Source: Desulfobacteraceae bacterium
GTDB lineage: Bacteria > Desulfobacterota > Desulfobacteria > Desulfobacterales > Desulfosarcinaceae
NCBI GenBank assembly: GCA_027068085.1
Contig: JAMOUQ010000022.1
Coordinates: forward strand, 23,907-87,906
Reading direction: 5' to 3'
Length of the DNA: 64,000 nt
Shown here piece by piece: positions 19,123-28,207 of the stretch. The first letter of the stretch is position 1. The number at the start of each line of letters is the position of its first letter. The translations under genes and the position numbers were made by a program. The notes under the pieces were generated by a model that worked only from the letters and a program-made list of their open reading frames with translations, was not told where the DNA came from and searched no databases.

Positions 19123-21063
19123 ATGACAGCGCAATCCTCAGGAGCCGGCACCGGCCATTGCCTTGCAGGCAATTGCATGGAAATGGCGCGGCATGCGGCC
19201 CGGCTTGAAAGACAGGGCGAATTCGAGCAGGCCCTGGGCTGGTATCGCAAGGCGCTTGAAAGTGATCCCCGGTCCGGTAAGGTATGGCTGGCAGGTGGCA
19301 CCCTGCTGGCCCGCCAGGGCAGGCTCGAGGAGGCCGCGGCCTGGCTCGGGAAGGCGGCCGGCGACCCTTCCTGCAGGCCGCCCGCCCTGTACAACCTGTC
19401 CAGGGTGTACAAGGAGATGGGCCGTCTGAACCGGGCCCTCGAGACGATCCGGCTTTTTCTTGATATCAGCCCAGGCGACGGCGAAGGCTGGAACAACCTG
19501 GGAACTATCCTGATGGCCCGCGCCGATACGGAGTCCGCCTGCCGGGCTTTTGAAAAAGCGTCTGCTCTCAGACCGGAAGACCCGCTCATCCTGGCAAATT
19601 TTGCCCTGGCTCAAAAGCGCCGGGGCAGGCTCCTGAAAGCCATGGCGCTTGCCGGCCGCGCAAACCGGCTGGCCGGAGGCGGTCTATCCGCCCTTGCACT
19701 CCAGGCCCACCTGTTCCAGGAAACGTTTCACTGGCGCAGACTGGGCCGGGTGCTGACAAAGTTGCAGGAGGCAACCGGCGCGGCCCTGGCGGCCGGCCGG
19801 CGGCCGGCCGAACCGCCTTTTCTCAACTTCACCTGGTGCATGGATCCGGCCCGCAACCTGGCAGTCGCCAGGGCCTGGAGCAAATCAATAGCCCGGCGGG
19901 CCAGGCGGGCAGCCGGCGGGGTAAGTTTTCCTCACAGGCCCGGTCCCCGCAGGCGCCTGACCATCGGCTACCTTTCGGGCCAGTTCCGCAACGCGGCCAC
20001 CGGGCACCTGACCCGCAGCATGTTCCGGTACCACGACCGGCGCTTTTTCAGGGTGATTTGTTACAGCCTGCGACCGGCCACCGACGACCCCTACTGCGCC
20101 AGGATAGCTGCCGATGCCGACCGGTGGGTCGAGCTGGGTAACCTGGACGATATGCAGGCGGCCAAGCGGATTTACGATGACCGGGTGGACATTTTGGTGG
20201 ACATGACCGGTCACATGGAGGGCGGCCGGCTCGGAATCTGCGCCCTGCGGCCGGCTCCGGTCCAGGTTCACTACCTCGGTTATCCGGCCACAACCGGGGC
20301 CGATTTCATCGATTATCAGATAGTCGACCAAGTGGTGGCCCCGGAGGCGGAACAAAGGTTCTATTCCGAGCACCTGGCCTGGCTGCCCGGATGCTACCAG
20401 GTAAACGACGACGACCCTCCGCTTTCGGCCGCCAGTTTCAGCCGCGATCAGGTCGGGCTCCCACGGGACAGTTTCGTCTTCTGTTCCTTCAACACCGAGT
20501 ACAAGCTGGACCCGGTCCTCTTTCAGGCCTGGATGGATATCCTCAGGCGGACCGACAAGGGTGTCCTCTGGCTGCTGGTGCGCAGCAGGCCGGGACGCAG
20601 GATGCTCAAGGCCATGGCTGCCCGACGGGGCCTCGACCCCCGGCGGCTGGTTTTTGCCCGCCAACTGTCCAAACCGCTTCACCTGGCCAGGTTGTCCCTG
20701 GCCGACCTGGCCCTGGACACAAGGATCGTCAACGGCCATACCACCACCGCCGACGCCCTCCATGCCGGACTGCCGGTGGTTGCCCTGAAAGGAGCCCATT
20801 TTGCCTCCCGGGTTTCGGCCAGCCTGCTGGCCGCCGCCGGGCTGAGCGAGCTTGTAACCGGCAGCCTCGAAGATTACGTCGCCCTGGCGGTCTGTCTCGC
20901 AAGGGAACCGCGGCGGCTGGACTTTTTCAGGCAAAGATTGGCCCGCAGGCAGGAGATATCCCTTTTCAACACCCGCCAGACGGTTTCCCTGCTCCAGCAG
21001 GCATACCTCAAAATGTGGCAAAGATACGCGGCCGGCAGGCCGCCTGCGTCCTTCAGGGTTTGA
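19123..21063 (+). CDS. TPR + GT41 (SPINDLY/O-GlcNAc-transferase-like) protein
   Basis: N-terminal TPRs, then IGYLSGQFRNAATGHLTRSMFRYHDRRFFRVICYS and VDILVDMTGHMEGGRLGICALRPAPVQVHYLGYPATTGADFIDYQIVD, typical of bacterial OGT/SPY. In-frame TTG at 19099 is an alternative start. Confidence 0.8.
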   Translation: MTAQSSGAGTGHCLAGNCMEMARHAARLERQGEFEQALGWYRKALESDPRSGKVWLAGGTLLARQGRLEEAAAWLGKAAGDPSCRPPALYNLSRVYKEMGRLNRALETIRLFLDISPGDGEGWNNLGTILMARADTESACRAFEKASALRPEDPLILANFALAQKRRGRLLKAMALAGRANRLAGGGLSALALQAHLFQETFHWRRLGRVLTKLQEATGAALAAGRRPAEPPFLNFTWCMDPARNLAVARAWSKSIARRARRAAGGVSFPHRPGPRRRLTIGYLSGQFRNAATGHLTRSMFRYHDRRFFRVICYSLRPATDDPYCARIAADADRWVELGNLDDMQAAKRIYDDRVDILVDMTGHMEGGRLGICALRPAPVQVHYLGYPATTGADFIDYQIVDQVVAPEAEQRFYSEHLAWLPGCYQVNDDDPPLSAASFSRDQVGLPRDSFVFCSFNTEYKLDPVLFQAWMDILRRTDKGVLWLLVRSRPGRRMLKAMAARRGLDPRRLVFARQLSKPLHLARLSLADLALDTRIVNGHTTTADALHAGLPVVALKGAHFASRVSASLLAAAGLSELVTGSLEDYVALAVCLAREPRRLDFFRQRLARRQEISLFNTRQTVSLLQQAYLKMWQRYAAGRPPASFRV

Positions 21064-24016
21064 ATTTTGCCAGGGCCTCTTTCAACATGGCGACAACCGC
21101 GGCCCAGTCGCCGGGGACAGGTTGCCTGAAAAGGCGCATGGTGGGATACCAGGGACTTTGGCCGCCATCGGTTCCCCAGCGCCAGTCGGAGAATCTGGGC
21201 AGCAGGGTCCAGACCGGCCTGGCCATGGCACCGGCAAGATGGGCTGCGGCCGTATCGATACTGATTATAAGATCCAGGCAGTGGACCACGGCCGCCGTGT
21301 CGGCAAAGTCTTTCAGCTCCGGTCCCAGGTTGGCGGCCAGTAAACGGTTTCCCGCAGCCTGGCCGGCGGCAGGGCCTTTCTGGAGGCCGATGAAGGCGAT
21401 TTCGGGAAAGGCTTCCAGCAGGGGAGTCAGTTCGGCCAGATCAAGTGACCGCTGACGATAGGTTGCGTTGCCGCCCCAGACAAGGCCGACACGCAACCTG
21501 CCTTCGGGAAGCTTTTTTTGCCAGGTGCCAACCTTTTCCGCCTGCGCCCAGAGGTAGGGAACCTCGGCCGGAATGGTTTCGGCCGTCGTTCCGAACACGG
21601 CCGGCAGGCTGGCCAGGCCGATGTGGCAGTCCACACCTGTTTCGTTGGGCTTGTCAGGATCAAGGATGCAGAGACGGTCTATGGACGGCAGAGATTCCAG
21701 CAGGGAGGCCAGCGACTTGCGGGATTCGAATACGATCCGGCCGCCCTTGGCCTTGACCAGGGGCAGGTAGCGGACGAACTGGAGACAGTCCCCGATGCCC
21801 TGCTCGGTATGGACCAGTATCGTGCGTCCATTCAGGTCCGAGCCGTCCCAGCAGGGAGTTTTCAGGCGGTGGGGGTAGATCCTCTTCCAGTCCGCCACCC
21901 TGAAACGCCAGCTGTAATGCTTCCAGCCCCGGGAGAACCTGCCCTGAAGCAGACAGAGCACCGCCAGGTTGAGATGGGCCTCGGCGTATTCGGGATTTAT
22001 GGTCAGAGCCATGGCGTAGTATTTTTCGGCCTCCTGGTACTGCCCGGTTTCGTAAAACGTCCATCCCAGGTTTCCCCAGGCCCGGAAATGGAGGGGATCG
22101 ATGGTGGCGGCGCGCATGAAATGCTGAGCCGCTTCCCGGTGGCGGCCTTTTGCAAGGCACAGGTTGCCCAGGTTGTAATGGGCATCGGCCCGGAAAGGAT
22201 CGATGGCCAGCGCCCGGCCGAAGCATTGCTGAGCTGCGGCGTGATCTCCGAGTTCCATAAGCACTACTGCGCGGTTGACCAGGGCTTCGGTAAAGCCGGG
22301 CCGGTGGCGGCAGGCGTTGGCATAGGCCAACTGGGCCTGATCCAGCCTGCCGATGGCGTGGAAGATGTATCCCAGGTTGTACCAGGCTTCGGGAAAATCC
22401 GGTTTAAGAGCCAGGGATTTTTCCAGATGTTCGATGGCCGGCAGATAATTGCCCCGATCCATCATCCGGGATGCCTGCTCAAACAGTTTTTCAGCTCTGT
22501 CATGACAGTCAGGTTGCGATCCGGCCGTCTTCCGCTGTGAATTCAGGGCCAGACGGGCAAGTCTCCGGACCATCTTTGCGATGACCGGCCGCCAGTCGCC
22601 TTCCTCTTGCTGGCGCAGACAGGTTGCGCTGGGATACCAGCTGCAGGTCTCGCCCTCGGGCTGCCAGCGCCAGTCGGGCACCCTGGGAAGAAGCACCCAT
22701 ACCGGCAGACCCATGGCTCCTGCCAGGTGGGCGGCGGCGGTGTCGACGCTGATCAGCAGGTCCAGGCCGGCGCAGATGGCCGCCGTGTCGTCAAAATCTT
22801 TGATCATGGCCCCCAGGGACCTTACCCGCGATCTGAGCGGCGAATTTTCCGGCAAGGCCGCCGCCGGTCCTTTCTGAAGGCTGAAAAATTCCACGTTTTC
22901 CATCCGGGCCAGAGGCTCCAGCAGCTGCGGAGAAATGTCCCGCCGCGGGTCGAGGCCGCTGCCGGACCACACCAGGCCCACCCTGAACTTGCCGCTGTCG
23001 CCCAGCCTCGCGGCCCATAGGGCCCGGCGCCGTTCATCGGCCTGCAGGTAAGGCCTGTTGTCGACGGCTAAGGGATTGTATGCACCCAGCACCAGAGGCA
23101 GACTGCCGACAGGTACCTGAAGCTGGTGGCCTGCCGCGGGTTTTTGATCGGGGTCGAATTCCACGACCCGGTCGACGGCCTCCATCCTGGAAAGAAGGCT
23201 TACCAGGGGCTTGTGGGCTTCCAGGACGAGGGTTCCGGTCATCTTTTTTGCAAGCGGCAGGTAGCGGGCAAAGAAGATCATGTCGCCGTAGCCTTGTTCG
23301 GCATGGACCAGCAATGTCCCGGCAAAAGGTTCTCCGTGCCAGCGGGGAGCCTCCAGGCGGTGGGGATAGATTGAGCTGCCGTGGCAGGCAAAGCGCCATT
23401 CATATTCCTGCCAGCCCTGACGGTAGTTGCCGGACATCAACAGGGCGGATGATAGATTGAAACGGGCCGGGGCGTAATCCGGGTCGATGTCCAGGGCCCG
23501 CCTGTAAAAAGAGATGGCGGTATCTGTCTGCCCGCAGCCGTGCAGGAGCTTGCCGAGGTTGTTGAGGGCCTGCTTGTCGGTCCCATCGAGGGTGATGGCT
23601 TTCCGGTAACAGGCCTGGGCTTCGATTATGTCCCCGCAGCCGGCAAGGGCATTTCCAAGCCCCAGCAGGAGACCGGGATCGTCTTCAAGCCCCAGGCTGG
23701 CAGCCGCACGGTACTGGGCCACGGCCTTTTCGGATTGTCCCATGGCTGCCAGACAATCGCCCAGGGAGCGCCGGAAGACGGCCTCGGCCGGCGACAGCTC
23801 GACGGCTTTCTCCAGCTCGGCCAGGGCCTCCGGCAGCCTGTTCCGTTCATAGAGGGTCAGACCGGACAGGTGCCGGAGACGGGGATCGCCGGGAAAGCGC
23901 CGGATCAGACCGGTATATATCCGGCCGGCCTCCTCCAGGCGGCCGGCATCGATCAGGGAGGCTGCTTTTGCCAGGCGGGCACCGAGTTCAGCCAGCGGAT
24001 CGGCAGTTTTTTTCAT
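21053..24016 (-). CDS. 987-aa protein with two tandem TPR + GT9-like (heptosyltransferase-like) modules
   Basis: Each module has TPRs, then Y.WRF...YPHRL..P.W.G....G..LV..EQG.GD...F.RYLP ... DLLISVDTAAAHLAGAMG.PVW.LLP...DWRW...WYP. Start is set at MKKTADPL (ATG at 24016), which forms an ATGA overlap with the upstream stop. The ORF-track extension to 24496 is rejected. Confidence 0.8.
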   Translation of the reverse strand: MKKTADPLAELGARLAKAASLIDAGRLEEAGRIYTGLIRRFPGDPRLRHLSGLTLYERNRLPEALAELEKAVELSPAEAVFRRSLGDCLAAMGQSEKAVAQYRAAASLGLEDDPGLLLGLGNALAGCGDIIEAQACYRKAITLDGTDKQALNNLGKLLHGCGQTDTAISFYRRALDIDPDYAPARFNLSSALLMSGNYRQGWQEYEWRFACHGSSIYPHRLEAPRWHGEPFAGTLLVHAEQGYGDMIFFARYLPLAKKMTGTLVLEAHKPLVSLLSRMEAVDRVVEFDPDQKPAAGHQLQVPVGSLPLVLGAYNPLAVDNRPYLQADERRRALWAARLGDSGKFRVGLVWSGSGLDPRRDISPQLLEPLARMENVEFFSLQKGPAAALPENSPLRSRVRSLGAMIKDFDDTAAICAGLDLLISVDTAAAHLAGAMGLPVWVLLPRVPDWRWQPEGETCSWYPSATCLRQQEEGDWRPVIAKMVRRLARLALNSQRKTAGSQPDCHDRAEKLFEQASRMMDRGNYLPAIEHLEKSLALKPDFPEAWYNLGYIFHAIGRLDQAQLAYANACRHRPGFTEALVNRAVVLMELGDHAAAQQCFGRALAIDPFRADAHYNLGNLCLAKGRHREAAQHFMRAATIDPLHFRAWGNLGWTFYETGQYQEAEKYYAMALTINPEYAEAHLNLAVLCLLQGRFSRGWKHYSWRFRVADWKRIYPHRLKTPCWDGSDLNGRTILVHTEQGIGDCLQFVRYLPLVKAKGGRIVFESRKSLASLLESLPSIDRLCILDPDKPNETGVDCHIGLASLPAVFGTTAETIPAEVPYLWAQAEKVGTWQKKLPEGRLRVGLVWGGNATYRQRSLDLAELTPLLEAFPEIAFIGLQKGPAAGQAAGNRLLAANLGPELKDFADTAAVVHCLDLIISIDTAAAHLAGAMARPVWTLLPRFSDWRWGTDGGQSPWYPTMRLFRQPVPGDWAAVVAMLKEALAKFKP

Positions 24017-27000
24017 GCCGTAAGCCTCCTGCGACGAAGCATGACTTCCAGTTGGTCCCGGATCAGGGCCAGGGGATGATCCCATTGTCCGGGCCGGAGC
24101 TGGCGGAAAAGGCGCATGCCCGGGTACCAGGGGCTGTCGATCCGCTGAAGCAACCAGCGCCAGTCGGGCAGATAAGGAAGCAGGACCCAGACCGGACGGG
24201 CCAGGGCCCCTGCCAGATGGGCAGTCGCCGTGTCCACCGTGATGATCAGGTCGAGCCGGCAAATGGCTGCCGCAGTGTCGTCGAAATCCCTGAGCAACGG
24301 CCCCAGATCGGTAAGGTCGTACCCGACAATGTCCGGCGGGGCCGACTCTCCGGCCGGAAATTTCTGCAGACTGTGGAATGATATGTCCTTCAGGGCGAGC
24401 AGGGGCGCCAGTTGTTCCGGGTCCAGGTTGCGGCGGCTGTTGTGGCGATGAAACACTCCGCCTTGCCAGACGAGCCCGACTTTGAATTTTCCGCAATTCA
24501 GACGCCCGCTCCAGCGGGCCGTGGCTTCAGGGGTGGGCCGCAGGTAGGGGGTATGGCCGGGTATGGTCTCCAGGCGGGTGTTGAAAACGCCGGGCAGGTC
24601 CATCAGCGGCACATGGTAGTCCACAGCGAGCCGGCAGGGCTTTTCCGGATCGAGGGCCAGGACCTGGTCGACGGCTTCCATGGCGGCGACAAGACGCACC
24701 AGGGGGGGATGGACTTCGGCTATCACCCGGGCTCCCATCTGTTTGAGCCGGGGCAGGTAGCGGATAAACTGGACGGTGTCGCCATAGCCCTGTTCGCAAT
24801 GGGCCAGGATGGTCCGACCCTTGAGGGACTGGCCTTGCCAGCGCGGGCTTTTCAGGCGGTGGGGATAGATGTGGGTTCTGCATTCAGGAAGCCGGAAACG
24901 CCACCGGAAATGACGCCAGCCCGGCGGAAAGTCGCCTTCCAGCAGGCAGGTCTCTGCCAGGGCGGTATGGGCGCCGGCATGCCGGGGATCAATTTCCAGG
25001 GCCTTTTCAAGGTATTCACGGGCTTTTTTCAGCCGCAGCCACTGCCGGCAAAGCTCTGCCTGCCGGATGTAGTCGTCGGCCGTGGGGCCTGCCAGCTCGA
25101 TGGCTTTTGCATGGCAGTCGATGGCCGTGTCCGGCTCGCCGCAGTCCAGCCAGACATTGCCCAGGTTCTGATAGGCTCGGGCGAAATCCGGCTTCAGGGA
25201 AACTGCCCGCCGGAGTGCTTCCCGGGCCTTGAGCAGGTTGCCCAGCCTCTGGTAGGCAACTGCCAGGTCGTTCCAGGCCAGGTGATTGCCGGGCCGGGTC
25301 TCGACGGCCAGGCGCAGGGCCCTGGCTGCTTCCCGGTCATGGCCCCGGCGGAGGCAGATTCTTCCCAGGTTGTAGGCCGCCTCGCCAAAGCCGGGATCGA
25401 TCTTGAGGGCCTGAACGAAAGCCTCTCTGGATTCTTGCATTCGTCCCGCAGCCTCCAGGGCGCAGCCAAGATTGTTGGCTGCCCGGGCCAGGTCCGGCTG
25501 CAGATCGAGGGCTCGGCGGAACCAGCGGGCCGCTTGAGACGGTTTTTGCTCCTGGAGCAGGAGCAGGCCGAGATTGTAACAGGCCGCCGGTGCGGAAACC
25601 GGATCTGAGACGGCCAGGCGGCGGTAGATGGCCGCGGCCCGGTCGGGGAAGCCTTTTTGGGCCAGCTCCACCGCCCGGGCGAACCGGAGGTCTTCTTCAC
25701 CCCGTGATTCGGTGCGCCCGGAAGACTCCGCAGGGGCAGGGGAAGTCATGTTTTTGATGAACTCTTTCAGTCGAGCTGTCACCTGACGGACAACCGGGTG
25801 CCAGTCCAGGCACTTGTGCTGCCGGAAAAGACGCATCCCGGGATACCAGGGGCTGTCGGTGCGCTCCAGGAACCATCTCCAGTCGCAGGTGCGGGGCAGC
25901 ATGACCCATACCGGTTTGCCCATGGCTCCGGCCAGATGGGCAACGGCGGTGTCGATGGTGATCACCAGGTCGAGGTTGTCGATGATGGCGGCAGTCTGAT
26001 CGAAATCCGTAAGATGTTGATCCAGCATCACCAGCCAGTCATGTTTACGGTCAGAGTCTGACGGTTTTTTCTGCAGCCCGAAGAAGACCGCCGGCAGTTG
26101 GCTGCAAAGGTTCCCAAGCGGGGCCAGGTTGTCCAGGCCAACTGAGCGCGAAGGGTCGATACCGGTCGTGTTCTGCCAGAAGAGGCCGATTTTGACAGGC
26201 TTCTCGCCAGGCTTTTTACGGCCGGCAAGTAAGGCGAGACGCTTTTCCCAGAAGGCTGATTTTTCGGGGCCGGCCGCAATGTAGGGCACGGGGACGGGGA
26301 TATTGCTCATGGTGGTGCCAAGCAATAACGGCAGACTGGCAAGGGGCGAACACCAGTGGCAGGTGATTTCAGGCGGCCGGTCGCTGTCCCGGTCCAGCAC
26401 GTGCAGAAGGTAATCCTGGCGGGAGAAAAGTTCCAGCACCTGCCTGCGGGTTTCGAAAACCACCCCGGCGCCCCTGGAGGCGAGCAGTCGCAGGTAGCGG
26501 GCAAACAGGAAAATGTCTCCGAATCCCTGCTCGTCGTAAACCAGAATGTTGCGGCCATCGAGAGGCTGGCCTTTCCAGAGGGCAAGACCGTGTCTTTCGG
26601 GATAGTCCTTGCCGGAAGGCAGAAATTTCAGCCGCCACTGATAGTGGATCCATCCTTCTTGCATGCGGCCCAGGGCCAGAAGGACCATGGCCAGGTTGCA
26701 GTGGACTTCGGCCAGTTGCGGCTTGCGCTCCAGGGCCTGCCTGTAGAAGTATTCGGCCCGGTCGAGGATGCCCGTGTCTTTGTACGCATTTCCCAGATTT
26801 GCCAGGATCGCCGGTGAGTCCGGCTCAAGCTCCAGTGCTCTGTGGAGGCATTTGGCGGCAGCCCGGGGCTTTGACAGGCGGCGCAGGATGTTTCCCAGGG
26901 CTACCCAACCGGCCGGATGACCGGGGTCCGCTTTGACGGCCCGGCAAAACCAGTCTCTGGCGGACTTCAGATCTCCCTGCCGGCGGGCGGAGCGTCCGCG

Positions 27001-27054
27001 GAGGCTGAAAAATGTTCGGATGTCGGTTGCCCGTTGCGCCGTGAGCATTGCCAT
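24013..27054 (-). CDS. 1013-aa protein with two tandem TPR + GT9-like modules (paralog of 21053..24016)
   Basis: Same module grammar, twice: DLVITIDTAVAHLAGAMGKPVWVMLPRTCDWRW...SPWYPGMRLFRQ and DLIITVDTATAHLAGALARPVWVLLPYLPDWRW...SPWYPGMRLFRQ. Confidence 0.8.
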   Translation of the reverse strand: MAMLTAQRATDIRTFFSLRGRSARRQGDLKSARDWFCRAVKADPGHPAGWVALGNILRRLSKPRAAAKCLHRALELEPDSPAILANLGNAYKDTGILDRAEYFYRQALERKPQLAEVHCNLAMVLLALGRMQEGWIHYQWRLKFLPSGKDYPERHGLALWKGQPLDGRNILVYDEQGFGDIFLFARYLRLLASRGAGVVFETRRQVLELFSRQDYLLHVLDRDSDRPPEITCHWCSPLASLPLLLGTTMSNIPVPVPYIAAGPEKSAFWEKRLALLAGRKKPGEKPVKIGLFWQNTTGIDPSRSVGLDNLAPLGNLCSQLPAVFFGLQKKPSDSDRKHDWLVMLDQHLTDFDQTAAIIDNLDLVITIDTAVAHLAGAMGKPVWVMLPRTCDWRWFLERTDSPWYPGMRLFRQHKCLDWHPVVRQVTARLKEFIKNMTSPAPAESSGRTESRGEEDLRFARAVELAQKGFPDRAAAIYRRLAVSDPVSAPAACYNLGLLLLQEQKPSQAARWFRRALDLQPDLARAANNLGCALEAAGRMQESREAFVQALKIDPGFGEAAYNLGRICLRRGHDREAARALRLAVETRPGNHLAWNDLAVAYQRLGNLLKAREALRRAVSLKPDFARAYQNLGNVWLDCGEPDTAIDCHAKAIELAGPTADDYIRQAELCRQWLRLKKAREYLEKALEIDPRHAGAHTALAETCLLEGDFPPGWRHFRWRFRLPECRTHIYPHRLKSPRWQGQSLKGRTILAHCEQGYGDTVQFIRYLPRLKQMGARVIAEVHPPLVRLVAAMEAVDQVLALDPEKPCRLAVDYHVPLMDLPGVFNTRLETIPGHTPYLRPTPEATARWSGRLNCGKFKVGLVWQGGVFHRHNSRRNLDPEQLAPLLALKDISFHSLQKFPAGESAPPDIVGYDLTDLGPLLRDFDDTAAAICRLDLIITVDTATAHLAGALARPVWVLLPYLPDWRWLLQRIDSPWYPGMRLFRQLRPGQWDHPLALIRDQLEVMLRRRRLTA

Positions 27055-27147
27055 CGGGTTAAACCCCTGAAACCTTTGCCGGACCGGATGCGTTCAGGCC
27101 CGGCTTTTTTTCGCAAGCGAGCCGGGATCGGCTCAGACAGAAAGCCG

Positions 27148-27163
27148 TGCAATCTTTGTGCCT
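27148..27163 (-). promoter_or_regulatory. sigma54 promoter for the 27054->21053 TPR-GT9 operon
   Basis: The minus strand reads AGGCACAAAGATTGCA (GGCAC-N5... TTGCA, exact GG-N10-GC spacing). It lies about 95 nt upstream of the ATG at 27054. Confidence 0.6.
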
Positions 27164-27227
27164 TGACGGCTCTGGCTGAATACCGCCGGCAGGCTTGAGC
27201 CCGGAGTCCGGCGGACAATCCGAAAGC

Positions 27228-27241
27228 GTCAATTCTTTGTC
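27228..27241. promoter_or_regulatory. FleQ-box-like element GTCAATTCTTTGTC between divergent sigma54 promoters
   Basis: One mismatch to GTCAA-N4-TTGAC. Centred about 73 bp from the minus-strand promoter and about 97 bp from the plus-strand promoter. Confidence 0.4.
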
Positions 27242-27330
27242 GGTGGCAGGGACTGACGATATCACCGTCTCCGGCCGCCGAAGCCTTGCCGGCCGCAGCC
27301 CTGGCGTAAAATCACCCTGGCCGGAGCTTC

Positions 27331-27346
27331 TGGCGCGGCCCTTGCT
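27331..27346 (+). promoter_or_regulatory. sigma54 promoter for the 27434-30321 glycosyltransferase pair
   Basis: TGGCGCGGCCCTTGCT matches TGGCACG-N4-TTGCW with exact spacing. It lies 88 nt upstream of the ATG at 27434. Confidence 0.6.
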
Positions 27347-27433
27347 AACCAGTTTCTGGCAGGGACGCGTCCTGAAGCCCGGTTGCTTCAGGTCCTGTTT
27401 TGCCGGACAATCTCAACCCGGAGGGTAACCAGC

Positions 27434-28207
27434 ATGAGGCGCAGTTTCGTCATTCCGGTAATCGATTTTTCACCCCACAGCCCGTACGGCATCGAAACCC
27501 TGCTGGCCGACCTGGAGTCCATGCCCGGGGAGGTGATCTGCATCTTCAATTCAGGGGAAGTGTTTCAGAGGCTGGCCGGCCATCCGAGGATCGACAAGTT
27601 CTGTTACAACAAGCTCAACGCCGGGGTAAGCCGCTCCTGGAACATCGGAATCAACCTAAGCGAAGGTGACGCGGTCTATATTCTCAACTCCGACCTGCAC
27701 CTGGGGCCGTCGGCAGCCGATCAGCTGGAACATTACCTGTTCAGCCTGCCCAAGGCGGTGATAGTGGGTCCCCAGGGGTCACACCTGGATTTTAAAAAAC
27801 TCGAAGTGCGACGCTACTTTTCCAGGGGAACCTTCAGCGAGCCGGTGAAAACCCATGATGTCTCCGGGTTTTTCTTCTGCCTTCACCGCAGGCGCTTCCT
27901 GGATAACAAGCTCTGTTTCGATGTGCGCTACAGCCCCTGTTTCATGGAGGAATGGGACATGGCCCTCCAGGTGCTGGCCGCCGGTCTTGCCTGTTACGCG
28001 GTTCCGGTAACCGATTTCGAACATCACTGGGGGATTTCCGGCAGCAAAGAGAATTCGCCTGTCAACTATTTTGGCCGCACCGTTTACCGCAACGATATTC
28101 TGGCCGCCAACCGCGAGAAATTTCTGGCCAAATGGTTCGGCCGGCAGCAAAGAAAGCCCGGCGGCGTCTTTGACCGCAAGGAGGACAGATGCGCATCCTG
28201 TTTCTGA
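27434..28207 (+). CDS. GT2-like (GT-A fold) glycosyltransferase
   Basis: MRRSFVIPVIDFSPHSPYGIETLLADLES... and NAGVSRSWNIGINLSEGDAVYILNSDLHL. ATG at 27434 is preceded by GGAGGG (27420-27425). Confidence 0.6.
   Translation: MRRSFVIPVIDFSPHSPYGIETLLADLESMPGEVICIFNSGEVFQRLAGHPRIDKFCYNKLNAGVSRSWNIGINLSEGDAVYILNSDLHLGPSAADQLEHYLFSLPKAVIVGPQGSHLDFKKLEVRRYFSRGTFSEPVKTHDVSGFFFCLHRRRFLDNKLCFDVRYSPCFMEEWDMALQVLAAGLACYAVPVTDFEHHWGISGSKENSPVNYFGRTVYRNDILAANREKFLAKWFGRQQRKPGGVFDRKEDRCASCF

Noticed and set aside
24017-24496. 160-aa N-terminal extension of the 21053..24496 ORF (MRKIQSRARLARRS...)
   Set aside because: The extension overlaps the 3' end of the upstream paralog and is Pro/Gly/Ser/Arg-rich junk. 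An ATG at 24016 gives an ATGA start/stop overlap and begins right at the first TPR.
27372-27403. Hairpin CCTGAAGC-CCGGTT-GCTTCAGG followed by TCCTGTTTTG between the sigma54 promoter (27331) and the ATG at 27434, as a possible leader attenuator
   Set aside because: The stem is short with a weak U-tract, and there is no associated leader peptide or riboswitch-like conservation that I can recognise. It is noted only as a possibility.
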